DNA of 64,000 bases from Candidatus Oxydemutatoraceae bacterium (GTDB lineage: Bacteria > Pseudomonadota > Gammaproteobacteria > Poriferisulfidales > Oxydemutatoraceae), in the NCBI GenBank assembly GCA_965223735.1, contig OZ245010.1, forward strand, positions 276,924-340,923. Direction: 5' to 3'. Below, piece after piece: positions 38,212 through 49,403 of the stretch. The position numbers and the translations under genes are program-made. How positions within the stretch are numbered: the first letter of the stretch is position 1; every line of letters starts with the position of its first letter. The notes under the pieces were generated by a model. It saw only the letters and a list, made by a program, of their open reading frames with translations. It did no database searches and was not told where the DNA came from.

Positions 38212-39434
38212 GCCTGTGGCTTGTCAATGCGTTGGTTGTGCTGTTGGCGCTGTTCTTCCTGTTCAGGCCGTTACTGATGCGGTCCTCTTCGGGAATGAGG
38301 CAGGGTGCACTGGTTGATTTCAGCGCCGGGTTGCTTGCCGATCGTCTTGCCGAACTTGAATGCGAGCGCGCCGCCGGCCTGATCGGCGAAGCCGAGTACG
38401 CCCAGGCGCAGCGAGAAACCGAGGCCGCCTATGCAGCCGCCGCCGACGCCGGCAGCAGGAACGGGTCGTCGCGCACGCCGGTCGTGGCCGTCATCGTCGT
38501 CCTGGTGTCAGTTCTCAGCGCTGCTGTTTTCTATTTCCACCATTCGGACGGTTATCACATGCTGCTCGCCGAGAAAGAGGCGGGTGACATGATCAAGAGT
38601 TTTGAGGCGTCGAAAGCGGCGCTGGATCAACGGCTGGCCGAGGCGCCGCAGGACGTTGAAGCCCGGCTGTTGCTTGCGTCCCTGAAGTACCTGGTCGGCG
38701 ATTACGCCGGCGCCGCCGCCGATTATGGCCGCGCCGATGAACTTGGCGGACTCGCCGACACCGATGTGTGGACGAACTACGCCGATGCATTGCTGCGTTC
38801 GGGAGGTGCAACGCAAGGTGACCGCGTACTCACGGCATTGGACAAAACGCTGGAGGCGGATCCTGTTGATCAGCGCGCTTTATTTTTTTCCGGCATGTTG
38901 CATTTTGAGCGCGGGGAATATCCGCAGGCGGTTGAACGCTGGCAGCGGTTGTTGCCGTTGATGTCCGGGGATGCGCCTGGATCCGGTGAAGAACTGCGAC
39001 GACTGATCGCGCGGGCTGTCGATCAGGACGCGAATAATGCCGGGGCCGGCACCGCAGGCAAGGTCGCGGACGAGGCCGCAAAAGCGGCAAATGTCGGCGC
39101 GGTGACGGTGATGGTTTCGCTGGCCGAAGCGTTGCACTCAGCAGTTGCGCCCGGCGACGCGGTGTTTGTCTATGCGCGCGCGATCGACGGCCCGCCGATG
39201 CCGCTGGCGGTGGTGCGCCTGACCGTTGCCGATCTGCCCGCTGAAGTCCGTCTCGACAGTAGCAACGCCATGGTCGAGGGTGTATTTCTCGATGCATTTG
39301 AACGGATTGAGGTCGTCGCCAGGGTGTCCAAACGGGGGACGGCGCTGTCCGCTCCCGGAGATCTGATCGGCCTGACCTCACCCGTCGGCGTCGGTCAGGT
39401 CATCGCGGTCGAGATTTCGGACGTTGTCGAATGA
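38208..39434 (+). CDS. ccmI: Cytochrome c-type biogenesis protein CcmI (CycH), TPR-containing
   Basis: It has two N-terminal TM segments and then TPR-like repeats, in the conserved position after ccmH. Confidence 0.75.
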   Translation: MSLWLVNALVVLLALFFLFRPLLMRSSSGMRQGALVDFSAGLLADRLAELECERAAGLIGEAEYAQAQRETEAAYAAAADAGSRNGSSRTPVVAVIVVLVSVLSAAVFYFHHSDGYHMLLAEKEAGDMIKSFEASKAALDQRLAEAPQDVEARLLLASLKYLVGDYAGAAADYGRADELGGLADTDVWTNYADALLRSGGATQGDRVLTALDKTLEADPVDQRALFFSGMLHFERGEYPQAVERWQRLLPLMSGDAPGSGEELRRLIARAVDQDANNAGAGTAGKVADEAAKAANVGAVTVMVSLAEALHSAVAPGDAVFVYARAIDGPPMPLAVVRLTVADLPAEVRLDSSNAMVEGVFLDAFERIEVVARVSKRGTALSAPGDLIGLTSPVGVGQVIAVEISDVVE

Positions 39435-40675
39435 TGAAAGTCGAATATTCCATCGGGTTGCGCTATACGCGCTCCAAAAAACGCAATCGTTTCATCGGCT
39501 TTATTTCGCTGATCTCGATGGCCGGCATCGCGATCGGGGTGCTGGTCGTGATTACCGTGCTGTCGGTGATGAACGGCTTCAAGACCGAGGTGCGTGAGAA
39601 AATGCTTGATTTCGCCTCGCACGTCACGGTGACCGGTTTCGACGGGCGGCTTGCCGATTGGCGGCCGCTGGAGCGCCTGGTGGAGGACCATCCGGAGGTC
39701 CTGGCGCTGGCGCCGTTTGTGGAAGCCCAGACGATGTTGATCCACAACGATCAGGTGAACGGCGTCTATATGCGCGGCATTTTGCCTGAGTTGGAAACTG
39801 AAGTGTCTGAGGTTGCGGGGCGTATGGTCGCAGGTTCGCTCGCCGCGCTCGAGGAAGGTGAATTCCGCATCGTTCTGGGGGAGATGCTCGCACGGTTGCT
39901 CGGCGTCGGTCTCGGCGACAAGGTGACTGTCGTTAGCCCCAAAGCGGCGGTGACCCCGGTCGGCATCCGCCCGCGGCTGAAGCGCTTTACGGTCAGCGGT
40001 ATTTTCAGGATCGGTATGCCGCAGTTTGACCGCAACGTCGCGCTTATTCATCTCGACGACGCGCAATTGCTGATGCAATTGGGTGGGGAGATCAGTGGTG
40101 TGCACTTGCGCCTGCAGGATCTGCTGAAGGCACCTGAGCTCACTTACCGATTGCGTCTCGAACTCGCCCCCGATTATTTTGCGAGTGATTGGACGCAGCG
40201 GCACAAGGCGTTCTTTCGGGCGATTGAAATGGAAAAGACCATTCTGATGATCATCATGACGCTGATTATCGTCGTCGCCGTGTTCAATATCGTTTCGGCG
40301 CTGATCATGGTCGTTGTCGAAAAGCAGGGGGACATCGCGATACTGAAGACCATGGGCATGACGCCGCGGCGGATACTCAGGATCTTTGTCATTCAAGGGT
40401 GCGTGATCGGCGGCGGCGGCACCTTGCTCGGGGTGGCGGGCGGCGTTGCGCTCGCCTCGTACCTGAGCGACATCGCGGCGTGGGTGGAAAAAGCCAGCGG
40501 ATACAAGTTCCTGTCGCCGGATGTTTATCCGATTTCAGAAGTGCCGTCGCAGCTACTCGCCTCCGATATCATATTGACCGCGGTGCTGGCGTTTTTCCTG
40601 ACGGTGGTGGCGACTCTTTATCCGGCCTGGCGCGCTGCGTCGGTGCGTCCCGCCGAAGTGTTGAGGTATGAATGA
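39431..40675 (+). CDS. lolC: Lipoprotein-releasing system transmembrane permease (LolC/LolE-type; a single permease gene)
   Basis: 414 aa with the MacB/FtsX-like topology. IGLRYTRSKKRNRFIGFISLISMAGIAIGV is colinear with E. coli LolC. Confidence 0.88.
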   Translation: MMKVEYSIGLRYTRSKKRNRFIGFISLISMAGIAIGVLVVITVLSVMNGFKTEVREKMLDFASHVTVTGFDGRLADWRPLERLVEDHPEVLALAPFVEAQTMLIHNDQVNGVYMRGILPELETEVSEVAGRMVAGSLAALEEGEFRIVLGEMLARLLGVGLGDKVTVVSPKAAVTPVGIRPRLKRFTVSGIFRIGMPQFDRNVALIHLDDAQLLMQLGGEISGVHLRLQDLLKAPELTYRLRLELAPDYFASDWTQRHKAFFRAIEMEKTILMIIMTLIIVVAVFNIVSALIMVVVEKQGDIAILKTMGMTPRRILRIFVIQGCVIGGGGTLLGVAGGVALASYLSDIAAWVEKASGYKFLSPDVYPISEVPSQLLASDIILTAVLAFFLTVVATLYPAWRAASVRPAEVLRYE

Positions 40676-41355
40676 GCGGTGTAATCCCGTTGATACAGTG
40701 CCGCCGCGTCGGCAAAAGTTACGGCGAGGGGCGGTTTGCGATCGCCGTACTGAAAGAACTGGACCTGACGATGCGGGCGGGCGAGGACCTCGCGATCATC
40801 GGCGCGTCGGGTAGCGGCAAGAGCACTTTGCTGCACCTGCTGGGCGGCTTGGACTCGCCAGACTGCGGGGAAGTGACGGTGCAGGGTGAAGACATCAACC
40901 GGCTGAATGAGCACGCGCGCTGCCGGTGGCGCAACCGCGAGGTCGGGTTTGTCTATCAGTTTCATCATCTGCTCGCCGAATTCACCGTCCTCGAGAACGT
41001 CGCGATGCCGCTTTTGATCGCGGGGCGCAGCCTGGCCGGGATCCGGGGCAAAGCGGGTTCGCTGCTGGAGCGCGCCGGTCTTGCGGATCGCGCCCTGCAC
41101 AAACCGCACGAGTTGTCCGGCGGTGAACGCCAGCGGGTTGCGATCTGCCGCGCGCTGGTATCGCGCCCGCGCGTCATCTTGGCCGACGAACCGACCGGCA
41201 ACCTCGATCGCGAGACTGCGCAAAAAGTAGCGGACGTCATGCTGCTGGTCAAAGAGGAATCGGACGCGACGCTGGTTATCGTCACGCATGATCAAGCGCT
41301 TGCGCGTCGATGCGGGCGTGTTGTGTGTCTTGAAGATGGTCGTTTGCAGGAGTGA
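40672..41355 (+). CDS. lolD: Lipoprotein-releasing system ATP-binding protein LolD
   Basis: Walker A GASGSGKSTLL, the signature LSGGERQR and Walker B ILADEPTGNLD. Confidence 0.9.
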   Translation: MSGVIPLIQCRRVGKSYGEGRFAIAVLKELDLTMRAGEDLAIIGASGSGKSTLLHLLGGLDSPDCGEVTVQGEDINRLNEHARCRWRNREVGFVYQFHHLLAEFTVLENVAMPLLIAGRSLAGIRGKAGSLLERAGLADRALHKPHELSGGERQRVAICRALVSRPRVILADEPTGNLDRETAQKVADVMLLVKEESDATLVIVTHDQALARRCGRVVCLEDGRLQE

Positions 41356-41406
41356 GCCTGAAGGCGGGCGTCGCCGCTGATCGGTCCACCGTCTGCAGCG
41401 ACAAGG

Positions 41407-41919
41407 TTATCTTCGTTTGCGGCGGCGCCAGTGCAGCGTGACGTGATACCGCCACAGGAAATGGACGGTGGCGTAGCCCAGCGCCGCGGCGACTGAGCCG
41501 ACAACCAGGCAGCCGAGGAGTAGGGGCTGCCACGCGGTTGAGAAACTGGTGTTCAGCCACTCAAAAGTCGGTTCGAAGAAAAACGCTTTGCCGAGAAGAC
41601 TGAGCGACTGTCGTCCGACGAGGTAACAGAAATAAAAGATCGGCGTTACCGTAAATGGGTTGGTGATCCACACGGTGATCACCGCGATCGGCAGGTTGGC
41701 ACGCAGCACGATCGTACAGGCGGCGGCGAGCAGCATCTGCACCGGTACCGGCATGAAGGCGCAGAACAAGCCGGAGGCGAATGCGACTGACACCGAGCGG
41801 CGGTTGATATGCCACAGGTAGTCGCGCTTCATAATGCCGCCGAACACCCGGTTCAGGTGCAGGTGGCGACGGTATCGGTGCGTATCCGGCAACCATTTCC
41901 GGATCAATTTTCTTGCCAT
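41407..41919 (-). CDS. DUF2062 family membrane protein
   Basis: 170 aa. The N-terminal KxxRKWLP segment is followed by two or three TM helices. It is divergent from comEC, a common neighbour. Confidence 0.7.
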   Translation of the reverse strand: MARKLIRKWLPDTHRYRRHLHLNRVFGGIMKRDYLWHINRRSVSVAFASGLFCAFMPVPVQMLLAAACTIVLRANLPIAVITVWITNPFTVTPIFYFCYLVGRQSLSLLGKAFFFEPTFEWLNTSFSTAWQPLLLGCLVVGSVAAALGYATVHFLWRYHVTLHWRRRKRR

Positions 41920-42033
41920 GGTGAAGCGGCACTATAGCCTCAATTCAGGCGCATTGGTGCCTTTATCGTAAAAACCGGTTCGTTCGTCGGATGCCGGCGT
42001 TGTTGAAGCCTGTCGGCGGGCAGTCTGCTCGCC

Positions 42034-44355
42034 ATGCCTATTTTTGCCACAGGGTTTGTGCTCGGCAGCGTGGCGCTGCATGGTTTTGCCGATTTGCCTG
42101 GGTGGGGGAGCGCCGCGCTTGTATCGTTGCCGACGCTGGCGCTGCTGCACCTGCCGGGCGCTTGGTTGCGGTTCGGTATCGCTGCCGTTGCCGTCGCCGC
42201 AGGATTTTTATGGACTCTGGCGGTGGCCGGTCTGCACCAAGCGACGATGCTGCCCGCCGGATTTGAAGGGCGCAATGTCAAGGCGGTCATCCGGGTAGCG
42301 TCGATCCCGGTTGACACGGGGTATTCGTTGCGTTTTGACGCCGAGGTGGTCGAACTCGGGAGGCCATTCAGGAAATGGGTGCCGCCGCGGCGGATCCGGC
42401 TTTCACTTTATCCCCGCAATAACCGTTCAAGCCGACCGGCGTTGCGTCCGGGCGACTTGCTCGACGCGACATTGCGCCTCAAGCGTCCGCACGGCTACAT
42501 GAATCCCGGTGGCTTTGATTATGAACGTTATCTGTTCTCGCAGCGCGTCGGTGCAACCGGATACGTCCGCGGATTTGAACTTCTCGAACGCGGAGGCACC
42601 TGGTCGTTACCGGTGCTGCGCCATCACCTCTATGAGCGCCTGAAGTCGCGGGCGACACCCAATATCGGTGCCGTGATCGCGTTGGCGCTCGGCGAGCGAG
42701 GGCTGATGGACAAGGCGCACAGGGACCTGTTGTTCGTCACCGGCACCGGTCATCTGTTTGCGATATCAGGTCTGCACATCGCTTTAATTTTCGGTTTTAT
42801 CTTTTTGATATCACGCTTTTTATGGTCGCGGTTTTTCCTGCGGCACAGTCTGTGGCCGTCGGCGCGTGCCGCAACGGTGCCGGCGCTGCTGGCGGCGTGC
42901 GTTTATGCTTGGCTCGCGGGCTTCACGATCCCGACGCAGCGTGCATTGATCATGCTCGGGTGCGTCGTCGCCGGTGTTCTGCTCAGGCGGCGGGTTTCAC
43001 TTGGTAATACCTTGCCGCTTGCACTCCTCGCCGTGATCGCGTATGACCCTCTGAGCACTTTGTCGGTTTCGTTCTGGCTGTCGTTTGTTGCGGTCGGGTT
43101 TATCGCACTTTATTTCAGCCTGCACCCATGGCCGAAAAAGCGCGCGTGGCTTGATTTGCAAACGGCGTTGCCGCTGGCCCTGCTGCCTGCGGGGCTGTGG
43201 TTCTTCGGTTACGGCGCCCTGGTTGCGCCGGCGGCTAATCTAGCGGCGGTGCCGTTGGTCAGCCTGCTGATCCTGCCGTGTGTGTTGCTCGCAACCTTGT
43301 GGGCGCCGCTCAACGCCGCGTTGTGCTCTTTTTTCATTCGCTGCGCGGATTTTCTGCTCGGCCTGTTGTGGCGTGGCGGCGATTGGCTGGTGCGGGTAGA
43401 TTTTCTGCAGTGGTTTCATCACCCGCCCGCGTGGAGCTACCCGTTCGCCGTCGCCGGCATCGTTGCGGTAACGCTCGCGAGCGGCTGGCGGCGCAAAACG
43501 GCGGCTGCAGCGTTGCTGTTGCCGTTGCTGGCCAGCGCCGGGCGCGGCTTGCCCGGGGGCGCGTTTGAAGTCGCGTTTCTCGATGTCGGGCAGGGGTTGT
43601 CGGTGGTGGTCGCGACACGTGGGCATACGCTGCTGTTTGATACCGGCCCGGCGTACCGTTCGGGCTTCACCACAGCCGAGGCGGTGATTATTCCGTATCT
43701 GCACCGGCGGGGTGTCAGGCATCTCGATGCGTTGATCGTTTCTCACGGCGACAGCGACCACGCTGGCGGCGTGGATGTCGTTGCCGGACGCTTTGAGATC
43801 GGGCGGCGCCTTGTCGGCGGCGGGGCACAACGCGGTCGCAGCCTCGAGCCTTGCCGCGACGGACAAGCGTGGTCGTGGGACGGTGTGCATTTTGAAATCC
43901 TGCATCCTGCCGACAATCGTGGCCTTCAAGGCAATGACTCCTCGTGCGTACTGAAAGTGACGGCGCGCGAACATTCGCTGCTGCTGACCGCCGACATTGA
44001 GAGCCAGGCCGAAGCTTCATTGCTCGTGCGTGCGCGGGAGCGCCTCGCGGCGTCGGTCATGCTTGTTCCGCATCATGGCAGCCTGACCTCATCCACCGGC
44101 GCTTTCGTTGCCGCCGTCAATCCTGATATCGCCGTAGTAACCAGCGGTTACCGCAACCGTTTCGGCCTGCCGAAAAAGGAGATCGTGAACCGGTATCTCG
44201 ACGCCTGCGCGCGCGTGTTCAATACCGCCGAAACCGGCGCCCTGCTGATGAGTTTTGTGCCGGGACGCGAAGCGGAAGCGCCTTATCTGCACCGGCGCGA
44301 CGCGCGACGGTACTGGCACCGGCACTTTAAACCTTATTCATTAAAGGACTGCTGA
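42034..44355 (+). CDS. comEC: DNA internalisation-related competence protein ComEC/Rec2 (polytopic domain plus metallo-beta-lactamase domain)
   Basis: 773 aa with a DUF4131-like N-terminus and the competence membrane domain. The C-terminal MBL motif is HGDSDHAGG. Confidence 0.88.
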   Translation: MPIFATGFVLGSVALHGFADLPGWGSAALVSLPTLALLHLPGAWLRFGIAAVAVAAGFLWTLAVAGLHQATMLPAGFEGRNVKAVIRVASIPVDTGYSLRFDAEVVELGRPFRKWVPPRRIRLSLYPRNNRSSRPALRPGDLLDATLRLKRPHGYMNPGGFDYERYLFSQRVGATGYVRGFELLERGGTWSLPVLRHHLYERLKSRATPNIGAVIALALGERGLMDKAHRDLLFVTGTGHLFAISGLHIALIFGFIFLISRFLWSRFFLRHSLWPSARAATVPALLAACVYAWLAGFTIPTQRALIMLGCVVAGVLLRRRVSLGNTLPLALLAVIAYDPLSTLSVSFWLSFVAVGFIALYFSLHPWPKKRAWLDLQTALPLALLPAGLWFFGYGALVAPAANLAAVPLVSLLILPCVLLATLWAPLNAALCSFFIRCADFLLGLLWRGGDWLVRVDFLQWFHHPPAWSYPFAVAGIVAVTLASGWRRKTAAAALLLPLLASAGRGLPGGAFEVAFLDVGQGLSVVVATRGHTLLFDTGPAYRSGFTTAEAVIIPYLHRRGVRHLDALIVSHGDSDHAGGVDVVAGRFEIGRRLVGGGAQRGRSLEPCRDGQAWSWDGVHFEILHPADNRGLQGNDSSCVLKVTAREHSLLLTADIESQAEASLLVRARERLAASVMLVPHHGSLTSSTGAFVAAVNPDIAVVTSGYRNRFGLPKKEIVNRYLDACARVFNTAETGALLMSFVPGREAEAPYLHRRDARRYWHRHFKPYSLKDC

Positions 44356-44408
44356 GGGGAACGCTTTGGCCGACGTACGGGTGGTCTGAAACGGGCAGAG
44401 CCTGGGAG

Positions 44409-46211
44409 GTGGTCGCTGATACCGATATAATGCGGGTGCCGATGTCGAATGGGTCCATACTGCGCCGATCGTTCTCGTCCGGGGTTTACGGGCGCCTGCT
44501 GGCTTATGCGTGGCGATACCGAAAATCGCTGATCATCGCGGTGGCCGGGATGATCGTGTATTCGGCGACCGAGACCGGTTTTGCGGCACTGATGAAGCCG
44601 TTGCTCGACGAAAATCTGGACGGTGGCGAATGGCGGGTACATTCCTGGCTGGTGCCGGTTGCGGTCGTCTTCGTGCTTTTCCTTAGGGGCGTCGGCAGTT
44701 TTCTGTCGGTGTATTACATGGATCACGTCGGCAATTGGGTCACCAAGGAACTGCGTACGGATATGTTCAGCCATCTGTTACAGTTGCCGATGTCCTATTT
44801 TGACGCGGTGCCGCACGGCGTGCTGGTGTCCAAATTGACTTTCAACGTCGAAAAGACGGCGTCGGTGTCGGCCCGGGCGCTGACTTTTCTGATCAGGGAC
44901 ACGCTGACCGTGGTCGGCCTAGTCGGCTGGCTGTTCTATCTGCAATGGAAACTCGCGCTGATCTTTCTGGTTTCCGCGCCCCTGATCGTCTGGCTGACCG
45001 TGCTCGCGGGTAGGCGCCTGCGCAAGGTATCCCATCGCATTCAGCGAACGATGGGGGGCGTGACTGAAGATATACGGCAGGCGATTGAGGCCGGTCTCGC
45101 GATCAGGATCTTCGGCAGCGACGGAATTGAGCGGGAAAATTTTGAAAACAGCAACGAGAGAAACCGCAAGGAGAGGATGCGCTTGACCGCCGTTAGGGCG
45201 CTGAACGCGCCGGTCGCGGTATTCCTAGCCGGTCTCGGTTTCGCTGCCGTAATCCATTTCTCAATGCAGGGAACGCTGAGCGCGGCGATATCGCCAGGGA
45301 CTTTTGCTTCATTCGCCGCTGCCGTGCTGCTGTTGTTTCGGCCGCTGCGCAATTTGACCCGTCTCAATGCTATCTTGCAGGACGGCCTCGCCGCCGCCGA
45401 GAGCGTGTTTCAGTTCCTCGACGAAGAGGTGGAAAAAAGCACAGGCAAAACCATGCAGTTACAATACAAAGGTCACCTCCGCTTCAGGAATGTATCGCTG
45501 AATTATGACGGCGACGGGCGGGCGGCGCTCGAGGACGTCAGCCTCGACATTGTACCCGGAGAAACGATTGCGCTGGTCGGACGTTCGGGCGCCGGCAAAA
45601 CCAGTCTTGCGCAACTGATTCCGCGCCTATATGAGCCGACGCGAGGGGCGATTGAACTCGATGGGTGCGATATCGCAACGCTTGCGCTTGCCGACCTGCG
45701 CGGCAAGATCACTTATGTGCCGCAATCCACAGTATTGTCAAACAGTACGATCGCAAGGAACATCGCCTGCGGAGGTGATTACGCGCCCGACGGAGTGACC
45801 GAAGCTGCGCGCCGGGCGCACGCACTTGAATTCATCGAGCGACTGCCGCGGGGCTTTGATACCGTGCTGTCCAACAACGCCGGAATGCTTTCCGACGGCC
45901 AGAAACAGCGCATCGCGATTGCGCGCGCGTTGTTCAAGGACGCGCCGATACTGATCTTTGACGAGGCCACTTCCGCGCTCGACGCCGACTCTGAACGCCA
46001 CGTTCAGGCGGCGCTGGCAGAAATCCTGAAAAACCGCACGGCGATCATTATCGCGCACCGCTTTTCGACGATCAGGCAGATCAAGCGCATCATCGTGCTC
46101 GAGCAGAGGCGGATCGTCGAGCAGGGCACGCATCAAGAACTGATAGACCGCGGCGGTGTTTACGCCGAGTTGTACCGCGGGCACACAGAAGGCGATCTGA
46201 TAGACCGGTGA
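44409..46211 (+). CDS. msbA: Lipid A export ATP-binding/permease protein MsbA
   Basis: About 590-600 aa with six TM helices plus an NBD (GRSGAGKTSLAQL, LSDGQKQRIAIARAL, ILIFDEATSALD). It lies upstream of lpxK. The start is uncertain: GTG 44409 or ATG 44442. Confidence 0.88.
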   Translation: MVADTDIMRVPMSNGSILRRSFSSGVYGRLLAYAWRYRKSLIIAVAGMIVYSATETGFAALMKPLLDENLDGGEWRVHSWLVPVAVVFVLFLRGVGSFLSVYYMDHVGNWVTKELRTDMFSHLLQLPMSYFDAVPHGVLVSKLTFNVEKTASVSARALTFLIRDTLTVVGLVGWLFYLQWKLALIFLVSAPLIVWLTVLAGRRLRKVSHRIQRTMGGVTEDIRQAIEAGLAIRIFGSDGIERENFENSNERNRKERMRLTAVRALNAPVAVFLAGLGFAAVIHFSMQGTLSAAISPGTFASFAAAVLLLFRPLRNLTRLNAILQDGLAAAESVFQFLDEEVEKSTGKTMQLQYKGHLRFRNVSLNYDGDGRAALEDVSLDIVPGETIALVGRSGAGKTSLAQLIPRLYEPTRGAIELDGCDIATLALADLRGKITYVPQSTVLSNSTIARNIACGGDYAPDGVTEAARRAHALEFIERLPRGFDTVLSNNAGMLSDGQKQRIAIARALFKDAPILIFDEATSALDADSERHVQAALAEILKNRTAIIIAHRFSTIRQIKRIIVLEQRRIVEQGTHQELIDRGGVYAELYRGHTEGDLIDR

Positions 46212-46214
46212 GCG

Positions 46215-47213
46215 GTGCTTGAGACTACCCGCCGTACCTTGAGCGAACGGGTTTGGTACGGCTCGCACCCATTGCGTTATCTGTTGTTGCCGCTGTCGGC
46301 GGTGACCGCGGTTGCCGTGAGTCTGCGGCGCGCCTGGTTTCATTTTGCAAAACCGGCGCCGGCGCCGGTGCCGGTGATCGTCGTCGGCAACCTGACCATC
46401 GGCGGTAGCGGCAAAACGCCGCTGGTGATGGCGATCGCACATCATCTCAAGCGCAGGGGATATAAACCGGGGATTGTGAGCCGGGGGTATGGCGCGCGTA
46501 GCCGGTCGTACCCGCACTGCGTGCAAATCAATGACGACGTTGAGGAGGTCGGCGACGAGCCGCTGATGTTGCGACAAAAGACCGCCTTTCCGGTGGTGAT
46601 TGATCCCGACCGCCGCCGCGCGGTCGCCTGTCTCGCCGAACGCGGCGACGCGGACATCGCGGTCTGCGACGACGGTTTGCAGCATTACCGCCTGTATCGC
46701 GACATCGAGATCGCGGTGGTTGACGGCAGCGAAGGCTTCGGCAACGGGCTGTTGCTACCGGCGGGGCCGTTGCGCGAGCCGCGTACGCGCCTTGATTCAG
46801 TGGACCTCGTCGTTGTCAACGGCGGTGCCGCTGATCAAAAACAGTTCTCGATGCAGGTTCGGCCGCTTGCGTTCGAAAACCTCGTCACTGGCGAGCAATT
46901 GGCGCCCGGCGCCTTTGCCGGCCGCGCCGTGCACGCCTGCGCAGGCATCGCGCGACCGCAGCGGTTTTTCGACATGCTGAGCAAGCTCGGGATGCAGGTG
47001 CATGCACACGCTTACCCTGATCACCACCGCTACCAGGCGCGCGACGTTCGTTTTGAGCCGGAAGTCCCGGTCGTTATCACTGAGAAGGATGCGGTAAAAT
47101 GCCGCCGTTTTGCCACCGACGATACATGGAGTTTACGGATGGAAGCAGAACCCGAAAAGGCATTCGAGGAAACGCTGGATGCGCTGCTGGCGCAGACGAG
47201 ACACAGCCGGTGA
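46215..47213 (+). CDS. lpxK: Tetraacyldisaccharide 4'-kinase LpxK
   Basis: [18 protein letters not shown] is the P-loop, in the conserved msbA-lpxK order. Confidence 0.9.
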   Translation: MLETTRRTLSERVWYGSHPLRYLLLPLSAVTAVAVSLRRAWFHFAKPAPAPVPVIVVGNLTIGGSGKTPLVMAIAHHLKRRGYKPGIVSRGYGARSRSYPHCVQINDDVEEVGDEPLMLRQKTAFPVVIDPDRRRAVACLAERGDADIAVCDDGLQHYRLYRDIEIAVVDGSEGFGNGLLLPAGPLREPRTRLDSVDLVVVNGGAADQKQFSMQVRPLAFENLVTGEQLAPGAFAGRAVHACAGIARPQRFFDMLSKLGMQVHAHAYPDHHRYQARDVRFEPEVPVVITEKDAVKCRRFATDDTWSLRMEAEPEKAFEETLDALLAQTRHSR

Positions 47214-47407
47214 ATCAGGAATTACTCGATATTCTGGTCTGTCCGGTTACCAAGGGCCCTCTGATCTATGACCGCGAACGTGGCGAATTGATCTCGCTGT
47301 CGGCGCGGCTGGCGTACCCGGTGCGCGACGAGATACCGGTAATGCTCGAAGACGAGGCGCGGTGGATCTCCCAGGAAGAATATGAGCGCTACGACCGGCA
47401 GCGCTGA
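47210..47407 (+). CDS. ycaR: Trm112/YcaR-family small protein (UPF0434)
   Basis: A GTG start overlaps the lpxK stop. (V)[28 protein letters not shown] is the Trm112-like zinc-ribbon-like motif, in the conserved lpxK-ycaR-kdsB order. Confidence 0.8.
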   Translation: MNQELLDILVCPVTKGPLIYDRERGELISLSARLAYPVRDEIPVMLEDEARWISQEEYERYDRQR

Positions 47408-48125
47408 GCCGTTCAGAGTCGTCATTCCCGCGCGCCACGATTCGACGAGACTTCCGGGCAAGCCCCTGCGCATGATCGGCGCCAGACCGCTGATCCGCCA
47501 CGTTTATGACAACGCCTGCCGCAGTGGCGCGGAGCAGGTCGTCGTCGCGACCGACAGCGAAAAAGTCGCAGAGTGTATTCGAGGCGCAGGCGGCAAAGTG
47601 CAGATGACCTCGCCCGATTGCCGCTCGGGTAGCGACCGCATAGCCGAAGCTGTCGCTGCAATGCAGTGGCCGAAAGAGGCTATCGTTGTGAATATTCAGG
47701 GAGACGAACTGTTTCTCGCGCCGGCGGACGTTTGTACCGTAGCCGAGGCGCTGGTGCGTTTTCCGCAGGCGGCGATGGCGACTTTGTCGGCGCTGCTCGC
47801 GCCGGAACATCTCGATGACCCCAGCGTCGTTAAGGTGACGACCGACGATCGGGGTATGGCACTGCATTTCAGCCGCGCCCCGATCGTGAATGGCGACCGG
47901 CGCCATATCGGCATTTATGCCTACCGCTGCAGTTACCTTCAGCGTTTCACGCGGTTACCGGCGCCGGGCATTGAACGCAGGGAACGGCTTGAGCAGTTGC
48001 GCGCGCTGTTTCACGGCGATCTGATCCGCGTTGACGAAGCCGTGTCCGACGTCGTGCTGAGTATCGACACCGAGGACGACCTGCGCGCGGCGCAGAAATT
48101 ACTCAGCGGTGAAAACCCCGTATAA
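47382..48125 (+). CDS. kdsB: 3-deoxy-manno-octulosonate cytidylyltransferase (CMP-Kdo synthetase) KdsB
   Basis: [17 protein letters not shown]...VNIQGDE is colinear with E. coli KdsB. Confidence 0.9.
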   Translation: MSATTGSAEPFRVVIPARHDSTRLPGKPLRMIGARPLIRHVYDNACRSGAEQVVVATDSEKVAECIRGAGGKVQMTSPDCRSGSDRIAEAVAAMQWPKEAIVVNIQGDELFLAPADVCTVAEALVRFPQAAMATLSALLAPEHLDDPSVVKVTTDDRGMALHFSRAPIVNGDRRHIGIYAYRCSYLQRFTRLPAPGIERRERLEQLRALFHGDLIRVDEAVSDVVLSIDTEDDLRAAQKLLSGENPV

Positions 48126-48140
48126 AGGTCTGGTTCAACG

Positions 48141-49403
48141 ATGAAAAAGAGAAAAAAACAACCCCGCGCATTCAGATCTGTTTTGTTGGCGGTCTCGGCA
48201 ATTCTGTCGATGGCCCTGGCGGGCATTTATACCTCCTGGCGCTCCCAGGCCACTGCTGTTTCATACGAACTGAGCGATGAAAAAACAGTGCGATCCTGGA
48301 CGATCTCTGAAAAGACACCGCGCTACATTACACCCGACGGGCTGAAAATAGCCGCGCAAGAAAAAACCTTTCTGATAAGTCCCGAAGTGCGGGGAACGAA
48401 AGGCGCCGCTCTATATTGGGGCAATTTCCCCTACGTCAAACTGCACCTCACCCCGCAGGCGGAGGAATACCTAATGTATTTGGTATGGATACTTGATAAA
48501 AACAGGAACAAACAATACGTTCGTTCCTTCACGGTGCCGGCGATGGCCGCCGAGGTATTGATTGACGTCCGGCAACACGAGCCGACAAAAGGTCAGTTCG
48601 GATATCCCTGGGATTTCCCGCCGCTTGAAAAAATACCCATCGGGCGCGTCGGGTTGGTATTCGGAAACACCATTGAAATCAGGCGGATCGAATTGCTTTC
48701 CAGCCTCGGGCTGTTTCAATTCGCAAAACTGTTGGGAATTCAGTACTGGCAACCCGAGCCGATAGGAGCGTATTCCATCAACAATTACTACGGCAACGAA
48801 ATATTCGGAACGCCGCTGGTTGCCGCATCGGGAATTGTTTTTTTCATTTTCCTCATGCTGTTTATATGGTTGCAGAGGAAACCCAAAAGCAAATTCAGAT
48901 TGCCGTTGTTATGGGCGATGTTTGCTTGCTTCGCGATATGCAATCTGCCGTTCGTGCATACATTATGGGAGGAGGCCAAGGCGGGTACCGAAGTTTCCGC
49001 CTGGCACGCTGACCGCTACGACGAATATCGCTCGCGCTTTAATTCGGAATTTGCCGACCTGGACCGGGCCTTTCGCACCCACGTGCCCGCCGGGTCGCGC
49101 GTGGCGTTTCCTCTTTCAGAGAAAAAGCTGGTCAATGGGGAGATTAACTGGATATGGTTTTTGTACTTCGGGCCGTATGTCAACTACACCAACCGGGATT
49201 ATTATTCTTCCACGGGGAAACAGCGTTCCGGCATAACCAAAAAGACCGAATACGTTTTCTATTATTACCCCAGAAAATTAATTTACAACGAACAGAACAA
49301 TACCCTGCGCGAAGCTGATTACCCGCAGGCTCCCCCATACAGAACGCGGACGGTTGCCGATATATCAGAGCACGCCAAGATCCTGAAGATCATCCGTGAC
49401 TAG
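48141..49403 (+). CDS. Hypothetical membrane protein (N-terminal anchor, large Tyr/Trp-rich extracytoplasmic domain, internal TM pair), first gene of a lower-GC island
   Basis: A 420-aa ORF with no family recognised by eye. Its start is 15 nt after the kdsB stop. The codon composition is AT-richer than the flanking LPS genes. Confidence 0.55.
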   Translation: MKKRKKQPRAFRSVLLAVSAILSMALAGIYTSWRSQATAVSYELSDEKTVRSWTISEKTPRYITPDGLKIAAQEKTFLISPEVRGTKGAALYWGNFPYVKLHLTPQAEEYLMYLVWILDKNRNKQYVRSFTVPAMAAEVLIDVRQHEPTKGQFGYPWDFPPLEKIPIGRVGLVFGNTIEIRRIELLSSLGLFQFAKLLGIQYWQPEPIGAYSINNYYGNEIFGTPLVAASGIVFFIFLMLFIWLQRKPKSKFRLPLLWAMFACFAICNLPFVHTLWEEAKAGTEVSAWHADRYDEYRSRFNSEFADLDRAFRTHVPAGSRVAFPLSEKKLVNGEINWIWFLYFGPYVNYTNRDYYSSTGKQRSGITKKTEYVFYYYPRKLIYNEQNNTLREADYPQAPPYRTRTVADISEHAKILKIIRD